A stretch of DNA of 64,000 bases, from assembly GCA_963663385.2 (NCBI GenBank), contig CAXXXD010000004.1, positions 32,001-96,000 on the forward strand, written 5' to 3'. Numbering within the stretch: position 1 is the stretch's first letter; every line of letters starts with the position of its first letter. Position numbers and translations under genes: made by a program. Positions 38,734-48,820 of the stretch are shown one piece after another. The stretch comes from Oceanispirochaeta sp. GTDB taxonomy: Bacteria > Spirochaetota > Spirochaetia > DSM-2461. The notes beneath the pieces are model-generated. The model saw only the letters and a program-made list of their open reading frames with translations. It was not told the DNA's origin and searched no databases.

Positions 38734-39042
38734 AACCGTTTAAAAAACATATTTAATACTCTGAATACGTCCCGGGCTATCAGAGGGTTGAAGCGTCCGG
38801 TCCTGCTATGATGATCTGCCCGTATATTCATATCCCACAGACTCCTGGACAAATTTCCTGTCATTTTTTATTGTAAGGAACCCTTCTTACCAGATATAAG
38901 AAGAAAAAGAGCACTTTTCTTATGGTGATGTTTAAAAACCTTGAATTCCCCGATAAGCGGGATAAAATTATAAGTGGTGAGGGGAATAATTAAAAATATG
39001 TGGACCTGCTGCAACCAGGCAGCCACAAAAGGAGTGTATCCG

Positions 39043-39525
39043 ATGAAAAAATGGATAACGATTTTATTGATAACTATGCTTGCCATGCCTCTGTTTGCAT
39101 CAAACGGTGATACTTTGAATATCGGGGGAGTTGTTCCTCTCCAGTTGGACCTGACCGTAGACCCGGTCCCTTACAGTCCTGACGATCTGACACTTGTGGC
39201 CGGTGTGACAACTGCTGTAACAGCACTGGGGATAGCCGATATTGGTATTGCAACAAACAATACTGCCGGCTGGGAATTGTGGGTCATGTCTGCAAATGCA
39301 GGCTCCCTTCTGAATGATGACGGCGATAACGTAGACTATACTCTGACCTATGACGGGTCGGGCGGAGTTACTGCTGCTGTTCCTATAGTTGCCGGAACAA
39401 AGCTCGGCGAAGCCGGAACCGACGTTGATGAATCTGCTCTTTTATCCATCAACTACAGTCAGGAACCCGATTACCCCGCCGGTTACTACACCGATCAGCT
39501 GACTATTATTCTGAGAGCTAAATAG
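39043..39525 (+). CDS. Putative major pilin of a chaperone-usher pilus (SCPU/Csu-like)
   Basis: AAGGAG RBS, signal peptide, beta-rich 160 aa, NN.AG.EL...S.N, DYTLTY, and C-terminal PAGYYTDQLTI strand; first gene before chaperone and usher. Confidence 0.7.
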   Translation: MKKWITILLITMLAMPLFASNGDTLNIGGVVPLQLDLTVDPVPYSPDDLTLVAGVTTAVTALGIADIGIATNNTAGWELWVMSANAGSLLNDDGDNVDYTLTYDGSGGVTAAVPIVAGTKLGEAGTDVDESALLSINYSQEPDYPAGYYTDQLTIILRAK

Positions 39526-39526
39526 A

Positions 39527-40429
39527 GTGTCATCCCTAAATAGGAATCTCGCCGCCTTTGCCCTTCTTTTGCTGTTGTTTCAGGGGGGATTGGCGGCTTT
39601 TACATTTTCTCCCATTTCTCAGGAATTTACTGAGGAAGGGAAAAAAAGCAGTCATGTCTTTACAATTTCCAATGATTCTGTTTCTGAAAGAATCGCAGTA
39701 AAGGTGTCTGTTTTTGAAAGATTTATGGATGAAGAGGGGAACGAAACCCTTGAATCCTGTCCCGGCGATTTTCTTATCTATCCTGTCCAGAGTATACTGA
39801 ATCCGGGTGATTCCCGCTCTGTTCGTATCAAATGGCAGGGCGGACAGGTTGGCAAAAGGGAAAAGGCTTACAGGTTGATAGCTGAACAGCTTCCCGTGGA
39901 TTTCCGGGAAGAGCAACCCCGGGACGATGGGGCCGGTATCCGTTTCACCTTTCGTTATGAAGGCAGCCTTTATGTTCTTTCTCCTGAAGCGGAAGCGGAT
40001 ATTCAACTGGTATCCATAAGCGAGATTCCTGCTGAAACAGCTGTAATAATGATTCCCAATGAAGCGGCTATCAAAGCGTATGAAGAAGCTCTGAAGAGCG
40101 TTTCTGAAGAGGACGCGGAATCAGAGGAGACTCCTGTTCTCAAACGTCCCCCGGAAATGATTGAGAAAATTATTGAAGTAGAACCGCCCCGTTTGAAACT
40201 GTTGTTTGAAAACAGTGGAACCCGCCACGCGATCCTGGGAGAATTGACCATACAGCTGGAAAGCCTTTACAGGGATTTTAAGCCTGTAATACTGAACCCG
40301 GAAGATCTGGCCGGTGTTAACGGAGAGAATATCCTGGCGGGCAGTAAGCGGTCTTTTCTGATTCCCGAACCTTCAGAGGTGAAAGGACGGGATATACGCT
40401 GGAGTTTCACCTATAAACCGGTGTACTAA
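39527..40429 (+). CDS. PapD-like periplasmic pilus chaperone
   Basis: FTFSP, F.I.N, FLIYPVQSILNPGDSRSVRIKW, EKAYRLIAEQLP, ENSGTRH and NILAG.KR. Confidence 0.82.
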   Translation: MSSLNRNLAAFALLLLLFQGGLAAFTFSPISQEFTEEGKKSSHVFTISNDSVSERIAVKVSVFERFMDEEGNETLESCPGDFLIYPVQSILNPGDSRSVRIKWQGGQVGKREKAYRLIAEQLPVDFREEQPRDDGAGIRFTFRYEGSLYVLSPEAEADIQLVSISEIPAETAVIMIPNEAAIKAYEEALKSVSEEDAESEETPVLKRPPEMIEKIIEVEPPRLKLLFENSGTRHAILGELTIQLESLYRDFKPVILNPEDLAGVNGENILAGSKRSFLIPEPSEVKGRDIRWSFTYKPVY

Positions 40430-40456
40430 GGTCTTTTCCTGCCGAAAATTAAAGTA

Positions 40457-42808
40457 ATGGTCCGTAATTCCTGGATATTATTTATCTTTTTTTTGATCTC
40501 TCTGTCTCTTTGGGCTCAGGAAGAGATTCTGCTTCCGGTGCCTCTCTATTTAGACGGGGTTTATTCCGGAGAGATCGATCTTAAAATAAACGGTGAAGTT
40601 CTTGTCCAGGCCCGACCCCTCTTTAAACGCCTGGCTCCTCTGCTGGATCAGGAGAAGCTGGAACACAGTCTCAACAGGTGGAGACAGGTGGAATGGACTC
40701 CCTGGGAAAATCTGAATGATTCTCTTATTTCGGTTGAGTACGATGAAGCAAGGCTTATTTTTCTTGTAGAAATACCACCGGAATCCAGAAAACCGGGAAC
40801 TTATTCCCTTGTTAGAGAGGAAATTGAGCCTCCGGGCAACCTGATCAAGCCGGCTCAGCTTTCGGGCGTTGTGAATATGGAGGGATGGAGCCGGGTTTAC
40901 TATGATCCTTATCTATTAAATTATGAAATTGGTCCGGAGCTGGGCATCAATTATTCCGGTTATACCCTGGAGGCCAAAGGGGGCATTCAGTCTGAGGGCG
41001 ACCAATATTTCCTGGATTATGGAAGAGTCGTGAAGGACTTTCTTCCTCTGTCACTCAGAGCGGAAGCGGGAAATCTGACTTATGATGCAGACGGCTTTGG
41101 TCAGACCAATATGGTAGGAATCTCCCTTTATCGGAAAACTTCACTGGATATGAATTATCTGGCAGTGCCGGAACTGGGACAAACCATCTTCTTTCCCGAA
41201 CCGGCAGAGATAGAATTTCGGGTTAATGGTAAGACTGTAAGAAGAAAGCGTGTCCCTGCTGGAGTGTGGACCTTCAGGAACTTCCCCCTGAACCAAGGGC
41301 CGAATGATGTAGAGATTGTCTGGACCGACAGTTCGGGTGAGCATCGGGAGTCCTTTTTTCAAATATACGACAGCAACCTTTTAAAGAAAGGTGAAACGGA
41401 TTGGGGGATTTCGGCAGGGACAGACAGTTGGTATACCTTGAATCCTACTTTCCTTGGGCATATCAATCGGGGACTGACTCCTGTTTTCAGCGTCGGAATC
41501 AGCAGCTATTATGATTACTTTGAAAACGAGATAGCTTTGGAAATGCCTTTTGGGTTTGCTTCACCTTACGGGAATTTTCGGCTTGTCCCTTCGGCGGATA
41601 TGATCGTGGATGAAGGATATGGATCAGGAATTGTCCTGAATCACTCTTTCTCAGAAAGCAGGGCAGGTCATCTTCGTCAGAGTTTTGGCAGTTCCTGGGG
41701 ATTCCAATGGGACTCTTATGCAGCAGAAACTCAGACATACTCCTCCCGGGTTTATTATAATTACTCACCTTTGAAAGATCTTTCTCTAACTCCGGCTGTT
41801 AACTGGCAGTATGAAGCTCTCGAAAGCTTACATACGGCTGATTTTTCTGTGCGTGTCCGAAAAAGCGGGGGTGACGGCAGTACTCTATCCATACAGATCG
41901 GGATGGAATATGTTGAGGAGAAGTGGTCACCCAAAGCGATATTGACCTATTCCATCTCATTTCCCGAGTATCAACAGAGTTTTTACACTCAGGGTGATCT
42001 GAGCGGAGAAAAGATGACCCTATCCTGGAACAGGTATAGCGAAACAGATAAACAGAAGGACTACAATCTGTCGGCATCTGCCATAATTCCCGCTGATAGA
42101 GGGGACAGATTGACCGGTTCCATGAGCGGCGGATATGTTCATCCCCGGTTTAATGCAAGTCTGTCCCAGGGATTCAACGGTTTCCTGGCGGAAGAAAATT
42201 TTGAAAATACCACAACTTTGTCAGCTGGTACGGCTCTTGTTTTTGCCGACGGGGTTCTGGGTTGGTCCAGTCCGGTTAAAAGTGAGTTCGTACTCATAGA
42301 ATCCCGGATTGGTCCTTTAGCAGTGAATCCTACCTCCATGGGAGCCAAACTTGAAATGGATGGAGAAACACCTGAGATCATCAGTACCATTTCTCCCTAC
42401 CGTTATACAACACTCAGACTTGTTCCGGAGGAAATGCCTATCGGCGCTGATATAAACGATTATACAGTAAGCATTTTCCCAACTTTCCGATCAGGAACCC
42501 TGATCCGGGTGGAAGAGAAAATCTATATGTATGCCGGTGGCGTTCTATATGATGAGAATGATCGTCCCATGGATCTGATTCTGGGCAAGATTTATCCTCT
42601 CTCTGACTCCTGGATGGGGGATGAAGAGTCTGAATGGCCCCGTGAGTTCTTTACAGATGAAACAGGATATTTTGAATGCTACGGCCTTGTCCCCGGTAAA
42701 TATCGCTTGACTCAGACGGACAGGGAGTTAACCTATATAATAGAAGTAGTAGCAAATGACAGCGGTTATGAGGATCTGGGGGAGGTAAAACCTGAAAGTC
42801 GGAATTAG
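40457..42808 (+). CDS. Outer-membrane usher-like protein
   Basis: Signal peptide; plug-like VNG......PAG...F..FPL..G.NDVEI..TD..G; SNLLKKG; amphipathic beta strands; C-terminal FFTDETG.FE..GL.PGKY. Confidence 0.78.
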   Translation: MVRNSWILFIFFLISLSLWAQEEILLPVPLYLDGVYSGEIDLKINGEVLVQARPLFKRLAPLLDQEKLEHSLNRWRQVEWTPWENLNDSLISVEYDEARLIFLVEIPPESRKPGTYSLVREEIEPPGNLIKPAQLSGVVNMEGWSRVYYDPYLLNYEIGPELGINYSGYTLEAKGGIQSEGDQYFLDYGRVVKDFLPLSLRAEAGNLTYDADGFGQTNMVGISLYRKTSLDMNYLAVPELGQTIFFPEPAEIEFRVNGKTVRRKRVPAGVWTFRNFPLNQGPNDVEIVWTDSSGEHRESFFQIYDSNLLKKGETDWGISAGTDSWYTLNPTFLGHINRGLTPVFSVGISSYYDYFENEIALEMPFGFASPYGNFRLVPSADMIVDEGYGSGIVLNHSFSESRAGHLRQSFGSSWGFQWDSYAAETQTYSSRVYYNYSPLKDLSLTPAVNWQYEALESLHTADFSVRVRKSGGDGSTLSIQIGMEYVEEKWSPKAILTYSISFPEYQQSFYTQGDLSGEKMTLSWNRYSETDKQKDYNLSASAIIPADRGDRLTGSMSGGYVHPRFNASLSQGFNGFLAEENFENTTTLSAGTALVFADGVLGWSSPVKSEFVLIESRIGPLAVNPTSMGAKLEMDGETPEIISTISPYRYTTLRLVPEEMPIGADINDYTVSIFPTFRSGTLIRVEEKIYMYAGGVLYDENDRPMDLILGKIYPLSDSWMGDEESEWPREFFTDETGYFECYGLVPGKYRLTQTDRELTYIIEVVANDSGYEDLGEVKPESRN

Positions 42809-43730
42809 TATTTTAATAAGTCTTTTTTTTATCTTTCCTCTGACTGCTCAGGAGACTTTCGGTTTTTACGCCCCGCCCGGAGGTATCTATCTGAATGCTT
42901 CTTTTGAAAGAGAAGAAACAGTTATTGTTTCTGTCACAGTAGAGCATGAAGGAACGGGCATTCCGTCCTGGTTTATATCTGCTTCGGCAGGAGGTTCAGC
43001 CTCCTATACCGCAAGAGAGATGGATCAGGGAAGTTATACCGTGGAATACCAGATCTATAAAAATGCTCCGCCCGCGACGGCCGTTCTAAAAGCTCCTCCG
43101 GAAACTCTGGGAATTGACAATGTTATTTCCACAGGCGATTTTTCTACTGATGCCGCCGCGGTTGAAAGGATATCCTATGACCTTTATTTTTTTATTGATT
43201 CGGGTCAGTTTACAGCTTCCGGAGAGTACCTTGATACGATAACGATCTCTCTTTACGAGGGGGACTACGGAGACAGCGGGACCCATGTCCTGGCGGATTC
43301 CTTTGATGTGGGCGTGACTGGCCGGATGGCTGAGCTGATTGATCTTTATGCCGATAAAGAATCGGACAACCGGTCTCTGGATCTGACCAGTGACTTAACG
43401 GATAAGAGAATCGCCTATGTTAATGAACGGAGTAACTGCGCCCTGGGATACGAAGTAACGATCCGCAGCAGCAATATGGCTGCAGACGCTTCGGCTACGG
43501 CGCCCTTTATGGAACAGGATGCCGGGGCAGACAGGCTGGACTACTCTCTGGAATATGACAGTGTTCCCGTTTCCGGCTGGGTTGATGGAACCGCTTTGAT
43601 CACAGATTCTTCGGGAATCACCTCGCCGGAATGGCTCACCAAGGAACTGACCCTGTCTTATACGGGCGACACGACACTGGCCCATGGAGAGTATGAAGAT
43701 ATCCTGACTCTGATTATTACAGCAAAGTAG
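42792..43730 (+). CDS. Two-domain minor pilin/tip subunit, CTG start
   Basis: The frame of ORF 43020 is open back to CTG 42792, which follows GGAGGT; in-frame TAA at 42786. This adds the signal peptide (M)KVGISILISLFFIFPLTA-QE. Two pilin C-strands: SGEYLDTITI and HGEYEDILTL. Confidence 0.75.
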   Translation: MKVGISILISLFFIFPLTAQETFGFYAPPGGIYLNASFEREETVIVSVTVEHEGTGIPSWFISASAGGSASYTAREMDQGSYTVEYQIYKNAPPATAVLKAPPETLGIDNVISTGDFSTDAAAVERISYDLYFFIDSGQFTASGEYLDTITISLYEGDYGDSGTHVLADSFDVGVTGRMAELIDLYADKESDNRSLDLTSDLTDKRIAYVNERSNCALGYEVTIRSSNMAADASATAPFMEQDAGADRLDYSLEYDSVPVSGWVDGTALITDSSGITSPEWLTKELTLSYTGDTTLAHGEYEDILTLIITAK

Positions 43731-43850
43731 GGCCTGCTGATTTTTAAGGAAGGAAGCCCGTTCTTTCTTTTCTGCTGTGATGAAACGAAAAAGAAATTAT
43801 TTATAAAACCGCAGCCGGATAAACTATAATTGAATCAGATGAGGTGATTT

Positions 43851-45326
43851 ATGGGTATTATACGTGTTCATCGGTATCCCAATCGTTTCTATCCGAACCC
43901 GAAAAGGGTTATCGCAAGGTTTTTTATAGCCGGTGGAAATGAAAGAAGTCTTCTTCTGATTCAGAAAATCCTGAAGCTCAGTGAAGATGAAGCTGCTGTC
44001 AAGCTCCAGACTGTTCTTGATAACTATGCCAACAGGCATCGGAACATTACCGATGTCTTTCAGCGCCATTTTTCCAATATTGTCCATTTTCTTGATGATT
44101 TGGGGATCGATCCGGAAAGCCTGAGCTATAAAAGGAAAATGCTGATAGGAGCATATTTTACCCATGAATACTCCATTGAATCGGCTGCCTTCTTTAACCC
44201 GTCAGTGATTGAATCTCCCAATCAGGATCATTTGGAAGACGGAGAAAAGAGGATTATTGTCAGCTTTCGGGCAACGGGGGAAGGTCATGTGTCTTCCATC
44301 GTATTCAGAAGCGGTATCATTGACCGCAATCATAACCTGCATTTCAAACCGGTCAATAATCTTGTAGAAATGCCCGAGGTGGTAAAGCGAACAGAATACA
44401 ATAAAAAGCTGTATCTGCAGAAACTTGATGAAATGAATATCCATAAAGATATCGTTGATCAGATTATGGCGCCCCTGAATGACTACTTCACCTACGGGGA
44501 TCTTCAAAGAAGCATTCGTAGTACGGTTGATAATAATACAACTCTGTCAGTTTCCAAAAAAAATGTAATCAATTCTCTGGTCTGGCTGGCGGATTCCCAT
44601 TATGAGATCCAGTTTTCCGATGATACCACTATATCCGAGAGAGTTATCTTCCCCGTTTCCGGTTCTGAAAGCAACGGGATCGAGGATGCCCGGTTCGTTC
44701 GTTTTACGGATGATGACGGGAGCGTTATCTATTACGCTCCTTTTACCGCATATAATGGGTTTACCATTCTGCCCAAGCTACTGGAAACAACGGATTTTTA
44801 TCATTTCACCACAAGGCCTCTCCATGGGAAAGGGGTTCAGAACAAGGGGCTGGCTCTGTTTCCACGGAAGATCCGGGGGCGCTATGTCATGGTGTCCCGT
44901 ATTGACGGATTCTGCAATTATATAATGTATTCAGATGATCTGCTTACCTGGAATGAGTCTGTAAAGATTCAGGAACCCGAGTACCCCTGGGAGCTGGTGC
45001 AGATCGGTAACTGCGGTTCTCCCATTGAAACCGAGAAAGGCTGGCTCCTGGTGACACACGCAGTCGGGCCAATGCGGGAGTACTGTCTGGGGATCTCTCT
45101 TCTGGATCCTGAACATCCGGAAAAAGTTATTGGAAAAGTAGAAGAGCCTATACTGATTCCCAATGATGAAGAGAGGGAGGGGTATGTTCCGAACGTTATA
45201 TACTCCTGCGGATCACTGCTTCTGGGTAATACGCTGATCATTCCCTACGGCATGTCCGACTCCGGATCAGCCTTTGCCTATTTGAAGCTGAATGAGATTC
45301 TGGAAAAACTTAAGGTAATAACATAA
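43851..45326 (+). CDS. GH130-family glycosidase/phosphorylase (long form)
   Basis: FFNPS, RATGEGHVSS, GIEDARFV, NKGLALFPRKI, IGNCGSP and GYVPNVIYSCG. Confidence 0.88.
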   Translation: MGIIRVHRYPNRFYPNPKRVIARFFIAGGNERSLLLIQKILKLSEDEAAVKLQTVLDNYANRHRNITDVFQRHFSNIVHFLDDLGIDPESLSYKRKMLIGAYFTHEYSIESAAFFNPSVIESPNQDHLEDGEKRIIVSFRATGEGHVSSIVFRSGIIDRNHNLHFKPVNNLVEMPEVVKRTEYNKKLYLQKLDEMNIHKDIVDQIMAPLNDYFTYGDLQRSIRSTVDNNTTLSVSKKNVINSLVWLADSHYEIQFSDDTTISERVIFPVSGSESNGIEDARFVRFTDDDGSVIYYAPFTAYNGFTILPKLLETTDFYHFTTRPLHGKGVQNKGLALFPRKIRGRYVMVSRIDGFCNYIMYSDDLLTWNESVKIQEPEYPWELVQIGNCGSPIETEKGWLLVTHAVGPMREYCLGISLLDPEHPEKVIGKVEEPILIPNDEEREGYVPNVIYSCGSLLLGNTLIIPYGMSDSGSAFAYLKLNEILEKLKVIT

Positions 45327-45374
45327 GTATTTTAGTCCTTTTGATAATTCTCCCCTGCCTAAGGAGGTGTACAC

Positions 45375-46553
45375 ATGAAGATTGCCTGTATCGGGAACTA
45401 TCCTCCCCGGGAGTGCGGTATTGCCACATTTTCCTCCAACTTTGCCAATGCGATCCTTGACTCCGATGGATGGGCTTCGGATGAATCAAACGATATGTAT
45501 ATAATTGCCATGAGTGATCCGGGCAGGCAATATGATTATCCGGATATAGTTGTTCAATCAATTCAGCAGAACGAACTGCGGGATTACCAGAAAGCAGCCG
45601 ACTATATTAATTCCTGTAATACAGACGTTTGTTTTCTTCAGCATGAGTTCGGTATATACGGCGGAAACAGAGGAGTTTATATTCTATCCCTGCTCCACCA
45701 GCTGAAGGTGCCCTTTATCCCTATTTTCCATACAGTGCTGAAAAAGCCTTCAGAAATTGAGCGGAATATCATTATGGAAATCAGCAGGAGAGCGGCCGGA
45801 ATTGTTGTTATGAACAGGCTGGCAATAGGGATCCTGAATTCCGTATACAGGATACCGGAGGAAAAAATAGCGGTTATTCCCCACGGTGTTCCTGCTTTTG
45901 ACTTTAGCCGGAATCAGTTCTATAAAAAATATTTTCATCTGGAAGGCCGTAAAATCCTGATGACTTTCGGCCTTATAAGCAGAAATAAAAGCCTCGAAAC
46001 GGTTATTAATGCATTGCCCGAGGTGGTCGGGAAACATCCCGATCTGCTGTATCTGATCGTAGGGAAAACCCATCCTGCTGTTCTTCAGTCTTCAGGAGAA
46101 GAATACAGGGAGTACCTTAAGTCTCTAATTGAAAAAAACAGACTTGATGATAATGTTGTTTTTATTAACCGATTTTTGAATACCGATGAACTCCTCGGTT
46201 ATCTGAGCGCGACGGATCTCTATGTGACTCCGTATCTGAATGAAGCGCAGATTACAAGCGGGACCCTGTCCTATGCCATAGGAGCCGGGGCTGCGGTCAT
46301 TTCAACTCCGTATCTGCATGCAAAAGAGCTGATGTCGGAAGGCCGGGGCATGCTGTTCGACTTTAATGACAGTGCGGGACTGTCAGATATCCTGACGGAT
46401 CTTCTTGACCATCCCGACAAGCTCAGGACTCTGAGGAAAAACGCCTTTGAATTCGGGAAAAAAACATCATGGCCTCAAGTGGGAAAGCAATATCTGGATC
46501 TCTCTGCAACAGTTGTAAAGAGTTCTGTCCGGACCGATATCTCTGTTATGTAG
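45375..46553 (+). CDS. GT4-family glycosyltransferase
   Basis: PPRECGIATF, QHEFGIYGG, IPHG, TFGLIS.NK and PY.NEAQITSGTL. Confidence 0.9.
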   Translation: MKIACIGNYPPRECGIATFSSNFANAILDSDGWASDESNDMYIIAMSDPGRQYDYPDIVVQSIQQNELRDYQKAADYINSCNTDVCFLQHEFGIYGGNRGVYILSLLHQLKVPFIPIFHTVLKKPSEIERNIIMEISRRAAGIVVMNRLAIGILNSVYRIPEEKIAVIPHGVPAFDFSRNQFYKKYFHLEGRKILMTFGLISRNKSLETVINALPEVVGKHPDLLYLIVGKTHPAVLQSSGEEYREYLKSLIEKNRLDDNVVFINRFLNTDELLGYLSATDLYVTPYLNEAQITSGTLSYAIGAGAAVISTPYLHAKELMSEGRGMLFDFNDSAGLSDILTDLLDHPDKLRTLRKNAFEFGKKTSWPQVGKQYLDLSATVVKSSVRTDISVM

Positions 46554-46722
46554 CTAATCATTTCCCGGGAATATCCATCAGCAAGAGCCTTGTAAGAGTT
46601 GATAATCCAGGAAAAGCAGCTAATATAAATTACTGCGGTATGGCTGGGCTTATGAAAAGAAGATTCATCATTATTACAATGTCTCTTTTAACGGGCTGCC
46701 TTCCCAGGGAAGAAGATCTCTA

Positions 46723-47781
46723 TTATGCTCCGGGAACCCTGGACACCCTGTAAAAGGCTTCGATGGTCTCAAGGGGAACCGCTGATTCCCATGCCTGGCT
46801 GGGATAAAGAATGTACCCTCCGTTCCGGCCGAGGATATCCCGGTAGCGCTCTACTTCCCGGATGACCTCTTCTATGGTGCCGAAGGGCAGCAGGTGCTGT
46901 GTATCGATCCCGCCCACGAAACAGATCCTGTTCCCGTAGGCTGCCAGGGTTTCCGGTTCCATACCCTCAACCGGCTGGAGCGGTTCCAGCGCATCGACGC
47001 CGCATTTGATCAGTTCGGGGATAATCGGTGCCACGGCTCCGCAGGAGTGCTGCTGAAAAAAGGCCCCGTAGCTGTGGGCCAGGTCTACCAGGGCTTTAGT
47101 ATGTTCCCGGAAGTACTCCTGCCACATATCCATGCTGAACAGCAGGGAGAGCTGGGTTCCGTAATCGTCATGGGTCCGCAGAATATCGATGGCCCCGCCT
47201 CCCGCTTCGAAAATGCGGGTGTAGTGCTCCATCTCAAAGGCATGCATACGGTCGAACAGAGCTTTGCAGAAGTCCGGATTCAGAGCCATGTCCATATAGA
47301 GCTTTTCTTCGGAACGCAGTGTTGTTGCGGTCTGGAAGGGGCCCCAATGCCCGAAGATCAGCGCTTTGTCCCTGTTTGCGGCGGCTTTCTCCGCAACAGT
47401 AGAGTAATCAAAGATTTCTGCGGGATCCGGCCAGTTGAAGCGTTCCACATCTCTGTAGGAATCGGCATCGTCCAGAGGATGATGGATGATATGTTCGTTA
47501 TACTCTATGCCGTTCCAGCGAAACTCATTTATTTCGCCAAACAGACCTGTTGTGGTATAATCTCTTCCTTCTTCAGAATAAGAAGACGGGAATGAACAGA
47601 TGGGGGACGGGTCGACGTTCCGGATATCCACAGCCAGATAGTCTAAAAGTTCATTTCTGTTCCGGACCCCGACTCTGGCTTGCATTTTTTTCCAGACCCA
47701 GCCTGTCGCTTCAAAGTGGGCGGGTAAGCGGTCGGGCTGCTGTCCCGCCATGGCGGCTCTCACTCGTTCCTTGGATGTCAT
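46723..47781 (-). CDS. Uroporphyrinogen decarboxylase / MtaA-CmuA-like protein
   Basis: MTSKERV, PDRLP, DDYGTQ, HSCG, GVDALEPLQ, GGIDTQHLLP.GT and GGYIL.PS. Confidence 0.88.
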   Translation of the reverse strand: MTSKERVRAAMAGQQPDRLPAHFEATGWVWKKMQARVGVRNRNELLDYLAVDIRNVDPSPICSFPSSYSEEGRDYTTTGLFGEINEFRWNGIEYNEHIIHHPLDDADSYRDVERFNWPDPAEIFDYSTVAEKAAANRDKALIFGHWGPFQTATTLRSEEKLYMDMALNPDFCKALFDRMHAFEMEHYTRIFEAGGGAIDILRTHDDYGTQLSLLFSMDMWQEYFREHTKALVDLAHSYGAFFQQHSCGAVAPIIPELIKCGVDALEPLQPVEGMEPETLAAYGNRICFVGGIDTQHLLPFGTIEEVIREVERYRDILGRNGGYILYPSQAWESAVPLETIEAFYRVSRVPGA

Positions 47782-47867
47782 CTTTTCAATCTCCTGTGTA
47801 AACAGTTTAGGGCGGAATCGGGAGGATGGAAATTGTATAGAATCTTCATTAGTAGTAATATTTCAAT

Positions 47868-48662
47868 ATGGCAATTCCCGAAGTCACTCTCAATCTGGAT
47901 AGGAAACCGGAAATCAGCTATCTCCGCCGGAACTCTCTTCCCCCGGATTCGGAATTCCGGTACAGGATGAACGGAGTATGGGGTATGCACCTGTATGAGG
48001 GAAGCTGCCGGCTGCAGATCGGGAGACGTCATCGTCAGATATCTCCGGGAGAAATTTCCTTTACCCCGGCGGATCAGCCGTCTCTCTACCGGACCGGGAG
48101 AACCCTGAACTATTCCTGTGTGCATATCAGAACAACCGGGGACCGGGAACCCCACCGCTTTCCCCTGTTTCTCTCAGCAGGAGCTCAGACGGATGAAATC
48201 CGGGACAGTATGGATCGGGCCATCGGTCTGTTTCTCCCTCACCCGGCCAGAGCAGTTTTGAAAATATGGGATATCCTCTGGATGATATACGAGGCTCTGC
48301 CCTATTGGGACAGACGGGATGACGGATTCTGCGGAGCCGTAGAGAAGGCCGAGTCCTATATGGCCGCCTCCCTTCGGACAATCAGCTATCCCCGGCAGGT
48401 GGCCGATCATCTCGGATTGAGCCTCAATCATCTGAACCGTCTTTTTCATATGGAAAAAGATATGACAGTCGGGCAGTTTCTCCTGCAGATGAAGATGGCC
48501 CAGGTGCGAAACCAGCTGGAGAGGACGGACAAGCCTGTTAAACTGATTGCGTATGAGGTCGGGATATCGGATTTGCAGTATTTCAATAAACTCTGCCACA
48601 GGTACCTCGGCAGTTCACCGAGGAGCTTCAAGGGGACCGTAACCGGCAGTCAGGGAAGATGA
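47868..48662 (+). CDS. AraC-family transcriptional regulator
   Basis: Cupin N-terminus; LSLNHLNRLF...VKLIAYEVG..DLQYFNK...G.SPR. Confidence 0.9.
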   Translation: MAIPEVTLNLDRKPEISYLRRNSLPPDSEFRYRMNGVWGMHLYEGSCRLQIGRRHRQISPGEISFTPADQPSLYRTGRTLNYSCVHIRTTGDREPHRFPLFLSAGAQTDEIRDSMDRAIGLFLPHPARAVLKIWDILWMIYEALPYWDRRDDGFCGAVEKAESYMAASLRTISYPRQVADHLGLSLNHLNRLFHMEKDMTVGQFLLQMKMAQVRNQLERTDKPVKLIAYEVGISDLQYFNKLCHRYLGSSPRSFKGTVTGSQGR

Positions 48663-48820
48663 TCTCTCGAGGGGAAACCCGCTTTTCCCTTTGCTGGCCC
48701 AATGCTGGAATTGTACATATATAAGCCGGATATATCCATATATTTATCATGTAAAGCCTGTAATATACATACTATAGTAAATCTGGTGAAACGCCGGATT
48801 GTATAAACCAGGAGGGTATT

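Noticed and set aside
38930..38956. Possible sigma28 promoter (TAAA...CCCGATAA) upstream of the pilin
   Set aside because: The spacer is 12 bp rather than about 15.
38974..39042. Upstream starts given by the ORF track (38974; likewise 4246, 13678, 26384, 52442)
   Set aside because: Downstream starts fit better, based on RBS, signal peptide position or lack of long overlap with the preceding gene.
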